Assembly (NCBI GenBank): GCA_050012495.1
Contig: JBEKHB010000012.1
Span: 5,874-69,873, forward strand
Source: Syntrophorhabdales bacterium
GTDB lineage: Bacteria; Desulfobacterota; Syntrophorhabdia; Syntrophorhabdales; WCHB1-27
Length of the DNA: 64,000 nt
Direction of reading: 5' to 3'
The notes under the pieces were generated by a model. The model ran no database searches. It saw only the letters and a program-made list of their open reading frames with translations, and was not told where the DNA came from. Below, in pieces: positions 17,906 to 26,366 of the stretch (its first letter is position 1; each line of letters starts with the position of its first letter). A program made the translations under genes and the position numbers.

Positions 17906-19570
17906 ATGATATGGAACAAAAGAGTATTGGCTGAAATCAGGAAGGCAAGAAAGACTTGGGAGAAAACCACTCTTAAGGGCTCGCTTCAGAGGGCTCCCGA
18001 AAGGGAAATATTCTCCGAATTGCCCAAGAAGCGTCTCTACACACCCGAAGACCTTTCTCATTCCGATTATCCCCGAGACGTGGGTTTTCCAGGCGAGTAT
18101 CCTTACTTAAGGGGCGTGCACCCGACAATGTATCGTAGCCGGCTCTGGGGGATGGCAGAGTATTCAGGCTTCGGGATGCCGGAGGATACGAACAAAAGAT
18201 GGAAATTCCTGCTGCAACAGGGGCAGACAGGCGTAAGCGTCGCATGTGACCTTCCGACTCAACTTGGTTATGACCCTGACAATCCATTGGCCGAGTCAGA
18301 GATCGGCGTTGTCGGCGTCTCCTGTCCGTCCCTGAGAGAAGTAGAGCTAATGTTTGATGGAATTGCCATGGACAGGGTAAGCATTCGCGGCTCCATCAAT
18401 CACCCACACATCGTTCTATGGGCGATGTACGTTGCCGTCGCTGAAAGGCAGGGGGTCTCTCCTGAAAAAATCGGCGGCAATGTACACTGGGACTGCCTCA
18501 ACGAATATCTGGGAAGGGGCGCTTATATTTTTCCACCGGAAGGTGCCTTGCGTCTGGCCCTGGATTTCATGGAATATGGCCTGAAACACATCCCTAAATT
18601 AAGTTATCAGGTAAATGCATACACGGTCCGTGAGTCAGGAGCAACTTTAGTCCAGGAAGGGGCGTACGCCCTGGCGGCCTCGATCGCTTACATCGATGCA
18701 GCCCTCGAAAGAGGGATCGATGTAGACGAATTTGTTCCACGTCTCTCCTTAAACATGGCTATCCACATGAACCTCTTTGAGGAGGCAGCGAAGTTCCGGG
18801 CGTTGCGAAGACTCTGGGCGAGAATTATGAAAGAACGGTTCGGTGCAAAAAAGGAAGCCTCATTACAGTTCAGGTTCGGCCCGGGTACGGGTGGGTCTAC
18901 CTTCACGGCCCAGGAGCCTGAAAACAATATCGTCAGAGGCACAGTCGAGAGCCTGGCTGCCATCCTTGGTGGGGCCGGCTACCTGCACACAGCCTCTTAC
19001 GATGAAGCCCTCGCCATACCAACAGAAAGGGCTGTTACCATCGCGTTGAAGACGCAGTTGATCCTGGCCTACGAGAGTGGGGTTACGGAAGTGGTAGACC
19101 CACTGGGCGGATCCTACTACGTTGAAGCGCTGACGGACGAAATCGAAAAAAGAGTAGTTGGGTATTTGCAGGAGATAGAAAAGAGGGGGAATATTTTCGA
19201 AGCTATAAAAAGCGGATGGTTCCAGACGGAAATCGCTCACGCCGCCTATCAGAAGCAGAAGGAGATTGAGGAGGAAAAAAGGGTGATTGTGGGCGTGAAT
19301 CGTTTCCTCACCGGAGAAACATTAGAGTATGCAATCCACAAGGCAGATCCGAACGTGGCCCGGGAGATGAAGCGGCGAATCAAGCTGCTCCGGGAGGAAA
19401 GAAACAACGGAAGCGTGCAGAAGAGCCTTTCCGAGCTGGAGGCGGCCGCAGAGGGCACGCAGAATTTGGTTCCTTTTGTGATGCAGGCAGTCAAGACTTA
19501 CGCAACAATAGGTGAAATTTGCGGGGTCCTTCGGAAAGTCTTTGGCGAATATACGGGTCCCACTTTCTGA
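17906..19570 (+). CDS. Coenzyme-B12-dependent acyl-CoA mutase, catalytic (large) subunit
   Basis: YPYLRGVHPTMYRSRLWGMAEYSGFG and FRFGPGTGGSTFTAQEPENNIVRGT are methylmalonyl/isobutyryl-CoA mutase TIM-barrel signatures. Confidence 0.9.
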   Translation: MIWNKRVLAEIRKARKTWEKTTLKGSLQRAPEREIFSELPKKRLYTPEDLSHSDYPRDVGFPGEYPYLRGVHPTMYRSRLWGMAEYSGFGMPEDTNKRWKFLLQQGQTGVSVACDLPTQLGYDPDNPLAESEIGVVGVSCPSLREVELMFDGIAMDRVSIRGSINHPHIVLWAMYVAVAERQGVSPEKIGGNVHWDCLNEYLGRGAYIFPPEGALRLALDFMEYGLKHIPKLSYQVNAYTVRESGATLVQEGAYALAASIAYIDAALERGIDVDEFVPRLSLNMAIHMNLFEEAAKFRALRRLWARIMKERFGAKKEASLQFRFGPGTGGSTFTAQEPENNIVRGTVESLAAILGGAGYLHTASYDEALAIPTERAVTIALKTQLILAYESGVTEVVDPLGGSYYVEALTDEIEKRVVGYLQEIEKRGNIFEAIKSGWFQTEIAHAAYQKQKEIEEEKRVIVGVNRFLTGETLEYAIHKADPNVAREMKRRIKLLREERNNGSVQKSLSELEAAAEGTQNLVPFVMQAVKTYATIGEICGVLRKVFGEYTGPTF

Positions 19571-19582
19571 GGAGGAGAGAAC

Positions 19583-19990
19583 ATGAAAGAAAAACGGCCG
19601 ATCCGAATGCTCATCGGCAAGCCCGGGCTCGATGGCCACGATCGCGGGGTGAAAGTTCTTGCTATAGGGCTGCGGGATGAGGGTTTCGAGGTGATCTATC
19701 CGGGGCTCCGACAGACGCCGGAGGATATCGTGCGGATCGCGATCCAAGATGACGTGGATGTCATAGGCCTGAGCAGCCTTACCGGCGCCCACAATTTTTA
19801 CTTCCCTCGTGTTGCAGAACTCGTTTCCGAGAATGGAATGGATGACGTTCTTATTATCGGAGGCGGTATCATTCCCAACGACGATATTCCCCGCCTTAAG
19901 GAACAGGGTATCAAGGCGATTTTTAGACCGGGTGCAAGAATCAGAGATATCGCTGACTTCGTAAGAAACAATGTAAGGCGTAGCGAGTAA
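19583..19990 (+). CDS. Acyl-CoA mutase B12-binding (small) subunit
   Basis: [14 protein letters not shown] contains the DxHxxG cobalamin-ligand motif. SSLTGAH and GGGIIP are also present. Length 135 aa. Confidence 0.9.
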   Translation: MKEKRPIRMLIGKPGLDGHDRGVKVLAIGLRDEGFEVIYPGLRQTPEDIVRIAIQDDVDVIGLSSLTGAHNFYFPRVAELVSENGMDDVLIIGGGIIPNDDIPRLKEQGIKAIFRPGARIRDIADFVRNNVRRSE

Positions 19991-19999
19991 ACCGCAACG

Positions 20000-21748
20000 A
20001 TGATAAACGGGAAGATTTTTGAGCTTGACGAGAGGAAAGGCCAGGGCAAGATCCTGCCATTACGCGAAGCGATCGACCGGTGGGTACGACCCGGAATGAA
20101 GCTGCACTTTGCTGATGGTGCGGACGCGAACGCCGCGGTCCGCGAAATTATCAGGCAGTACCACGGAAAAGACCCGGAGTTTACACTTATATCGGGAGGT
20201 GTCACGACCCCTGATCTCATAAGTCTGGTTGCAAGCGGGCTCGTCAGAAAAGTCGTTACCACCAATTGCTCGTACACCTACCCGGCCCCGCGGCCGATCC
20301 ATCTCCTTCAAAAAATGCACAAAGACGGGCTGATTCAGATCGAGAGCTGGTCCCTCTATTCTCTTGAACAAAGACTTATGGCTGCGGCTCTCGGTGTGGG
20401 CTGGATGCCGACAAAGTCTCTGAAAGGAAGCGGTTTAGGAGAAGAGAATGGCGACTCTTACAAGATAGTGACAAATCCTTTCGACGCAACTGAAACGATG
20501 GGTGTGGTGAGGGCCCTTTCTCCCGATATCTCCATTGTACACGGATGTGTGGCAGACCAGGAAGGCAACACCATCCTCTCCCCCCCCTATTGGTCGGGCC
20601 TATGGGGACCGAGGGCGAGCAATAACGGAGTAATTGTCACTGTGGAACGGATTGTTCCCACAGAATTCATCAGGAAGCACAGCGCTCTCGTCAAGATACC
20701 AGGGTTTCTGGTGAGGGCCGTGTGCTCAGTGGTTTTTGGCACCCATCCCCAGGGCTTGGCCGCCGAAAGCATAGACCTGAATGGATATGGCGAAGACTAC
20801 GAGTTTATTCTCGACTTTGTCAAGGCGAGCCGGGACTCGAAAGGACTGAAAGAGTGGATGGAGGAATGGATCTTCCAATGCCGCACGCAGGAAGAGTACG
20901 TGCGGAAACTTGGTCCGGCGCGGACTTCCTTCCTGGCGAGTAAGTCAACATCAGGCCAGCCTGAACCGGAAACACGGGAGCATGTTGATCGGGATGGTCG
21001 CGCTCCGTATAATCGCACCGAAATGATGGTCGTTGCAACGGCGAGAGAGATCAAAGAGATAGTCCTTCTGAAGGATTACAGCTCTATCCTATCCGGGATC
21101 GGCGCTCCCGGACTTGCTGCGTGGCTTGCCTTCTACCTGATGAAAGAAGCGGGTATCCACATTGATTTGATGACGGGCGTCGGTCAAGTCGGCTTCTCTC
21201 CACGGCCGGCTGATCCTTTCCTCATGAGCCTTCCCAATGTCATGACCTCCAAGATGCTGACGGACACGACCGACGTGTACGGTACGTTTGTCGGCGGTGC
21301 CCATAACAGGTGCCTGAGCGTTCTTGGAGCAGCCCAGATCGACCAGTACGGGAATATCAACACGGTGAAGGTGAACGACCTTTATTTTATAGGTGTCGGC
21401 GGAGCAGCGGACGCCTTGAACTCGTGCGAGACGATTGCCGTGGCGAAGCAGTCTGCCGATCGCTTCCTGGAAAAAGTACCCTTCGTCAGTTGCCCGGGGG
21501 AGCGGATTAGAACGCTGGTAACCGACATGGGCGTATTCAAGAAATATGACGGAAATACTTTCACCCTTGCGAAAGTTTTTGCTCCCTCACACGGTGCGGT
21601 TGATAGGGACCCTGTGCAGGAAATAGCGAGCCGATGCGGTTGGGAAGTGAGAGCGGCTCTTTCACTCGAACAGATTCCTCCTCCTACTGAAGAGGAGCTA
21701 TCGGTGTTACGGGCCCTCGATCCAAAAGGCTTCTTTGTAGGGAAGTAG
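20000..21748 (+). CDS. Family I CoA-transferase with A- and B-subunit-like halves fused (glutaconate/3-oxoacid CoA-transferase type)
   Basis: The N-terminus KILPLREAIDRWVRPGMKLHF resembles the GctA/AtoD start, and the 582-aa length fits fused A and B halves. The assignment is by eye only. The RBS is weak. Confidence 0.65.
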   Translation: MINGKIFELDERKGQGKILPLREAIDRWVRPGMKLHFADGADANAAVREIIRQYHGKDPEFTLISGGVTTPDLISLVASGLVRKVVTTNCSYTYPAPRPIHLLQKMHKDGLIQIESWSLYSLEQRLMAAALGVGWMPTKSLKGSGLGEENGDSYKIVTNPFDATETMGVVRALSPDISIVHGCVADQEGNTILSPPYWSGLWGPRASNNGVIVTVERIVPTEFIRKHSALVKIPGFLVRAVCSVVFGTHPQGLAAESIDLNGYGEDYEFILDFVKASRDSKGLKEWMEEWIFQCRTQEEYVRKLGPARTSFLASKSTSGQPEPETREHVDRDGRAPYNRTEMMVVATAREIKEIVLLKDYSSILSGIGAPGLAAWLAFYLMKEAGIHIDLMTGVGQVGFSPRPADPFLMSLPNVMTSKMLTDTTDVYGTFVGGAHNRCLSVLGAAQIDQYGNINTVKVNDLYFIGVGGAADALNSCETIAVAKQSADRFLEKVPFVSCPGERIRTLVTDMGVFKKYDGNTFTLAKVFAPSHGAVDRDPVQEIASRCGWEVRAALSLEQIPPPTEEELSVLRALDPKGFFVGK

Positions 21749-21950
21749 CCTTCGTCCCACGCGATGTTATCGATGGTGGAGAAACGGTATCTGGTAGATT
21801 GATCACGTTTCTATCGTTGGACTCCAATGGCGTACCCGGTTCCTCAATGACCGGGTTGGACTGACCGCCATTGCTCGCCTGCTTTCAGAATTGAAGTCGC
21901 CAGGGAAACTTGGCGGCTGTACTGGAGACAAACTCATAGCGGAGGATGTG

Positions 21951-23129
21951 ATGTCAGAATCGAGAGTTACATTTACAGAAGCCCTCATCACCGATGAAAT
22001 GCTTGCTGAGGTGCGAGCATTTGTCGGGACGAGGTTTCGTATCGGACACTCCATAAATAACGAAGAAGCCACCAGAATCGCGATCCAGAAGTTTGCCGAC
22101 GGCATAGGGGATACAAACCCGCTCTGGAGCGATCCAGAATATGCGGAAAAAACCCGCTACGGCGCCATTATAGCCCCGCCTTCATGGGTCTTCAGCGTGT
22201 TCTCCGGTATCCAATACGGTTTCAGGGGAGTAGGCGGTTTCCACAGTGGCAGCACTATCGAATTTTACCTACCGATTTTTCGAAACGATACGATCACGCC
22301 CGAGATGATATGCACCGCCATCGAAGGGCCGAAAAAGAGTGTCTTTGCCGAGAAAACGATCATAGAGCGGAATGATAACCTGTATACCAACCAAAGGGGA
22401 GAGCTGGCAACGAAAGTGACATGGGAAGTCATACATTTTGAGAGGGCGAAGGCAAAGAAGACGGGTAAGTACCACCATATTCAGTTACCGCACCCCTGGA
22501 CAGAAGAAGAGTTGAAAAGAATAGAGGATGAAGTCTTTAATGAGGAGAGAAGTGGAGCAGATACGCCTTGTTGGGATGATGTGCGGATAGGCCAGGAGTT
22601 GAAGCCCCTGGTTAAGGGACCTGTCACCATGACCGACGAGATTGCCTTTCTTATCGGAGGCGGCGCTCCCATACCCAGGCTTACGGCTCACGCTGCCGCG
22701 CTCAATTTCTATCGGCGCCACCCCGCCTGGGCCTTCCGTGATCCCATAAGCTGCGGTCTGGAGCCCATCTACGCAGTCCACTACAACAGGGAAGCGGCTC
22801 GTGCTCAAGGGTTGCCTTATCAGTACGATGTCGGTTTTCAAAGGAACGCCTGGCAGATTCACCTCTTGACGAACTATGCGGGAGATGACGGTTGGCTCAA
22901 GAAAAGCTTCTGTGAATTCCGCAGGTTTGTCTACTTCTCGGACGTGGTGTGGCTGAAGGGCACGATAACGGATAAATTCATCGATGATGACAGCGAATGC
23001 TGTGTAAAGATCGAGACGACAGCTATAAACCAGCGGGGTGAAGAGGTGATGCCCGGATATGCCATTGTGGCCCTTCCCTCCAGAGTGCATGGTTACTCGC
23101 CGTTGGATAAGAGATTGGGTCCGCGATGA
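21951..23129 (+). CDS. Double hot-dog (MaoC-like) acyl dehydratase/enoyl-CoA hydratase
   Basis: FADGIGDTNPLWSDPEYA and APPSWVF are MaoC/FAS1-type N-terminal motifs, followed by a second hot-dog half. ATG 21951 follows GGAGGA. Confidence 0.75.
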   Translation: MSESRVTFTEALITDEMLAEVRAFVGTRFRIGHSINNEEATRIAIQKFADGIGDTNPLWSDPEYAEKTRYGAIIAPPSWVFSVFSGIQYGFRGVGGFHSGSTIEFYLPIFRNDTITPEMICTAIEGPKKSVFAEKTIIERNDNLYTNQRGELATKVTWEVIHFERAKAKKTGKYHHIQLPHPWTEEELKRIEDEVFNEERSGADTPCWDDVRIGQELKPLVKGPVTMTDEIAFLIGGGAPIPRLTAHAAALNFYRRHPAWAFRDPISCGLEPIYAVHYNREAARAQGLPYQYDVGFQRNAWQIHLLTNYAGDDGWLKKSFCEFRRFVYFSDVVWLKGTITDKFIDDDSECCVKIETTAINQRGEEVMPGYAIVALPSRVHGYSPLDKRLGPR

Positions 23130-23249
23130 GTGGAGCGACAGAATTACCTCGAATAGAGGCCCGCCGAAAGAAAGGGAAGAGACTACCCGTCGCCGTGGTG
23201 TATATTGCAAAACCTTGATAATTCGGCCCTGGGATGATAGGCTTGCACA

Positions 23250-24263
23250 GTGCGTAATGACGCTTCAATCGAAGAGATTTTGCCCGGGCTGTACAAGGTC
23301 AAAATTCCCCTCCCCGGAATTCCTCTGCCAGGAGTTAACTCTTACATTGTAAAGGGCGCGAAGCGAAATTTGATCGTCGATCCGGGATGGAATCACGACG
23401 AATGTTTCGTTGCGATGCAGCACGCCCTGGAGGAACTTTCTGTTGATTTGCGAAAGACAGATTTTTTTATCACCCATGTGCATCTTGATCATGTGGCGCT
23501 TGTTTTAAGGCTTAAGACTGCTGATTCGGAAATGTACGCAGGACAGTGGGAGGCGGAACACGTTGAATGGGACTGGGATGGAGCAATTGCGTTTGCGCGT
23601 GCTCACGGGTTCCCCGACCACGAGCTATCTATACTCCTCCGGGAGCATCCCGGCTATAAGTGGACGAAATCCCGGTCAGAACTGCGTCTGCCCTTCCGCA
23701 TAGTGCAGGATAAGAGCGTGATAACGGCGGGCAAATATGCCTTCACGGTTATCGAGACGCCTGGTCATTCAAAAGGTCATTTATGCCTTTACGAGCCGGA
23801 AGAGAAGGTCTTGGTATCGGGTGATCACATTTTGAAAGAGATAACACCTACAGTTCAATTATGGTCGGAAGAAGATAACCCTCTGCTCGACTATATCAAG
23901 AGCCTCGATAAAATTGAAGCGCTGGATGTAAGGCAGGTGCTGCCAGGTCATGGCCCGATCTTTAAAGACTGTAAAGAGCGAATTAAGGAAATGAAAGACC
24001 ACCGGCTCGAAAGGACGAAGGAGGTTATCTCCCTCCTAAGGCAGGCAAACAGGACTGCGTACGAGCTCGCATCACGGATGACCTGGAACGTAAGGTATAA
24101 CTCCTGGGATGCGTTCCCGGTCGTGCAAAAGTGGTTCAGCATGGGAGAGACACTTGCCCACCTATTTTACCTTAAAGAAAAAGGATATGTAGGAAAGCAT
24201 GCCGGGAACGGCCATATTGAATTTGTCTTGAACCAGTCACAAAGCCCTGTCAACAGCCTTTAA
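23250..24263 (+). CDS. MBL-fold metallo-hydrolase (paralogue of 2205-3188)
   Basis: THVHLDH zinc motif and TPGHSKGH, with the same architecture as 2205-3188. Confidence 0.9.
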   Translation: MRNDASIEEILPGLYKVKIPLPGIPLPGVNSYIVKGAKRNLIVDPGWNHDECFVAMQHALEELSVDLRKTDFFITHVHLDHVALVLRLKTADSEMYAGQWEAEHVEWDWDGAIAFARAHGFPDHELSILLREHPGYKWTKSRSELRLPFRIVQDKSVITAGKYAFTVIETPGHSKGHLCLYEPEEKVLVSGDHILKEITPTVQLWSEEDNPLLDYIKSLDKIEALDVRQVLPGHGPIFKDCKERIKEMKDHRLERTKEVISLLRQANRTAYELASRMTWNVRYNSWDAFPVVQKWFSMGETLAHLFYLKEKGYVGKHAGNGHIEFVLNQSQSPVNSL

Positions 24264-24317
24264 CAAAGCAGGAAAAATTATTCTGTTGTTGCGACGCAAG
24301 AATGTCACGCTCGATCT

Positions 24318-24347
24318 TGTTAAACATTTTTCTGTTAAACATTTTTC
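24318..24347. repeat. Perfect tandem duplication of a 15-bp unit abutting a -35 box
   Basis: TGTTAAACATTTTTC occurs at 24318-24332 and 24333-24347, followed directly by TTGACA. Confidence 0.95.
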
Positions 24348-24376
24348 TTGACAATCAAACGATCATTTGTTACAAA
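24348..24376 (+). promoter_or_regulatory. Sigma-70-type promoter candidate (TTGACA-N17-TACAAA)
   Basis: TTGACA 24348-24353, a 17-nt spacer, TACAAA(AT) 24371-24376. It lies upstream of the MFS/aromatic module. Confidence 0.55.
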
Positions 24377-24380
24377 ATAC

Positions 24381-24396
24381 TATCAAACGTTTGTTA
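24381..24396. promoter_or_regulatory. Candidate repressor operator (16-bp near-palindrome TATCAAACGTTTGTTA)
   Basis: It lies 5 nt downstream of the -10 box and has one mismatch to a perfect palindrome. The 10-mer AACGTTTGTT recurs at 37551-37566 in the equivalent position of a second promoter. Confidence 0.5.
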
Positions 24397-24841
24397 GATA
24401 TGTTTCCTTCAATGAAAGCAATGGGACGAAGATGACGGAATGCAAATTAATCAAACCCCTGCCAAAAGGACTTAACGCCCTGAAGGGGTTTGCCTCTCGG
24501 CAGCTACATCTAAGTTCTCCGGAAGCGGTCTGGAAAACATGGTCGCCTGGAGCAACGGTTGTCCGTTTTACCTATGCCGCGACTCCTTATGATTATCTCT
24601 CACTCGACGCGGAATCTAAGGATTTGTTTGTATGTCCAAGCGGCCTGTCCATAGGCTTTACAGTAGGCTTTACAGTCTTGTCAGATTTTGAGAGATGTAG
24701 CTTTTTTTCTGCATGGGTGGCAACGTTTGTTATTTACTATTATCACGCCCTGAGCCGAGTGGGAAGGTAAAGCAGCTAGCTGTTGGAGACCGCTTTACCG
24801 GTCGGACATGAGGGCGTCAAAAGGGGAGAGGGGGATTGACT

Positions 24842-26101
24842 ATGGAAGAAAGAAGGTTGGGTCAGGAAGTAAAGGTGGTAGCGGTCCTTTTTTTTGCCTG
24901 GGGTTTTGTGGCACTCGATCGGATGCTGGTTGGCTACCTATTTCCCTGGATTGTACCCGAGTTTAACCTCTCGTACGGTCAAACGGGGCTTATCATGACC
25001 GTAATGGCGCTGTTCTGGGCACTCGGTGCGCCAGTGGGTGGGGCCTTGTCGGACAAGTACGGGAGGAAGAAGATTCTACTGCCTATGGTGGTAATATTTT
25101 CTGTTTGCTCGATGATAACCGGCCTTGTGAGAAGTTATATTCAGTTAATTGCAACCAGATTAAGTTTGGGTTTTGTCGAAGGGGGGTACTTTCCGACTGC
25201 CGTAGCTATGGTGGAGGAGGAGGTCTCACCGAAGAGAAGGGGGCTTATGATTAGCCTCCATAATATGGGTTTTCCTATTATAGGAATTGTTTTTGGGGCT
25301 ACTTTTGCTACACAGATGGCTACGAAATTTGGATGGAGATCCACTTTTTTTCTGACCATCGTGCCTGGCATCATCCTTGCCGCTATTATATATTTCTTGC
25401 TCCGCGAGCCACCGGCCTCTCTGGAGAGGATCAAAGTAAGAAATGCGGCCAAGGCGATCGCTGACCAGGCAGGCGGCGAGCTTGCCAAAATGACCTTCGG
25501 ACAGTTGCTTAGGTACAGGAATGTATTTGTTCTTCTTCTCATAAGCATCTTCTCCATGGTGTGGTTCTGGAATTTCCTCATGTTCGGGATGCTGTTTCTT
25601 ACCAAGGGAAAAGGGCTTTCAATACTACAGGCTGGATTTGTTATGAGTATTTTCGGTGCCGTAAGACTTGTTGGTTTGATTTCCGTGTCGTCGGCATCTG
25701 ACTATGTGGGCCGGAAAAAGACGATATTGGTCGCGCTTCTAGTGACGGGCCTTGCCACTATCGTGACGGCTCAGACAGAATCGTACGCGATCCTCGTTGC
25801 AGGTATTCTGGTAGCCGGTTTCTTCGGTGAGCCCTCTCAGACGTTATTCACCTCGATCATTCCAGCGGAATCCGTACCAATCGCATTAGCCGGGCGCGCC
25901 ATTGGCGTTATCCTTTTAGTTGGGGAAGTTATCGGAGGCGGGATCATTCCTCCGATAACCGGTGCAATTGCAGATAAAGTCGGTATCAATTTCGTAATAC
26001 TGGCATCAGGGTTTTCGTGCCTTATCAGTTGTGCACTCGCCTTCCTCTTAACGGAAACGGCACCCAGGAAGGTTGCAGCGGCCTTTCGCGGAGGGGCATA
26101 A
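24842..26101 (+). CDS. MFS transporter
   Basis: About 12 hydrophobic helices, with MFS motif A GALSDKYGRKKILL. ATG 24842 follows GGGGAGAGGGGGA. Confidence 0.9.
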   Translation: MEERRLGQEVKVVAVLFFAWGFVALDRMLVGYLFPWIVPEFNLSYGQTGLIMTVMALFWALGAPVGGALSDKYGRKKILLPMVVIFSVCSMITGLVRSYIQLIATRLSLGFVEGGYFPTAVAMVEEEVSPKRRGLMISLHNMGFPIIGIVFGATFATQMATKFGWRSTFFLTIVPGIILAAIIYFLLREPPASLERIKVRNAAKAIADQAGGELAKMTFGQLLRYRNVFVLLLISIFSMVWFWNFLMFGMLFLTKGKGLSILQAGFVMSIFGAVRLVGLISVSSASDYVGRKKTILVALLVTGLATIVTAQTESYAILVAGILVAGFFGEPSQTLFTSIIPAESVPIALAGRAIGVILLVGEVIGGGIIPPITGAIADKVGINFVILASGFSCLISCALAFLLTETAPRKVAAAFRGGA

Positions 26102-26366
26102 GGTATGGGTGAAATGAACTCTCGGAGGGTAATCCTTCATGTATACATGGGATGCCATCCTCCTCGAGGCGGGAAGGAATAAGCCTTATGCCGGGGAAAG
26201 GGAAGTCAATTCCGCCCCAGGTTTAAAAAGAAAGGCGGAAAGGGAGTAACGCTGTACCCATAGTCTCGTTGATGAGGTTGACCTCGGCTCGGGGGGACAG
26301 AAGGGAATACTGCGTTACAGCAGAGAAAATAGCGCTAAGCAAAACGCAAAGAGGAGGTTTGAAAGA

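Noticed and set aside
24348-24770. The 140-aa track ORF starting with TTG at 24348
   Set aside because: The TTG is the first half of a TTGACA -35 box and the N-terminal part runs through the promoter and operator. Only the shorter ATG 24432 version is conceivable, and it is treated as an open question in the findings.
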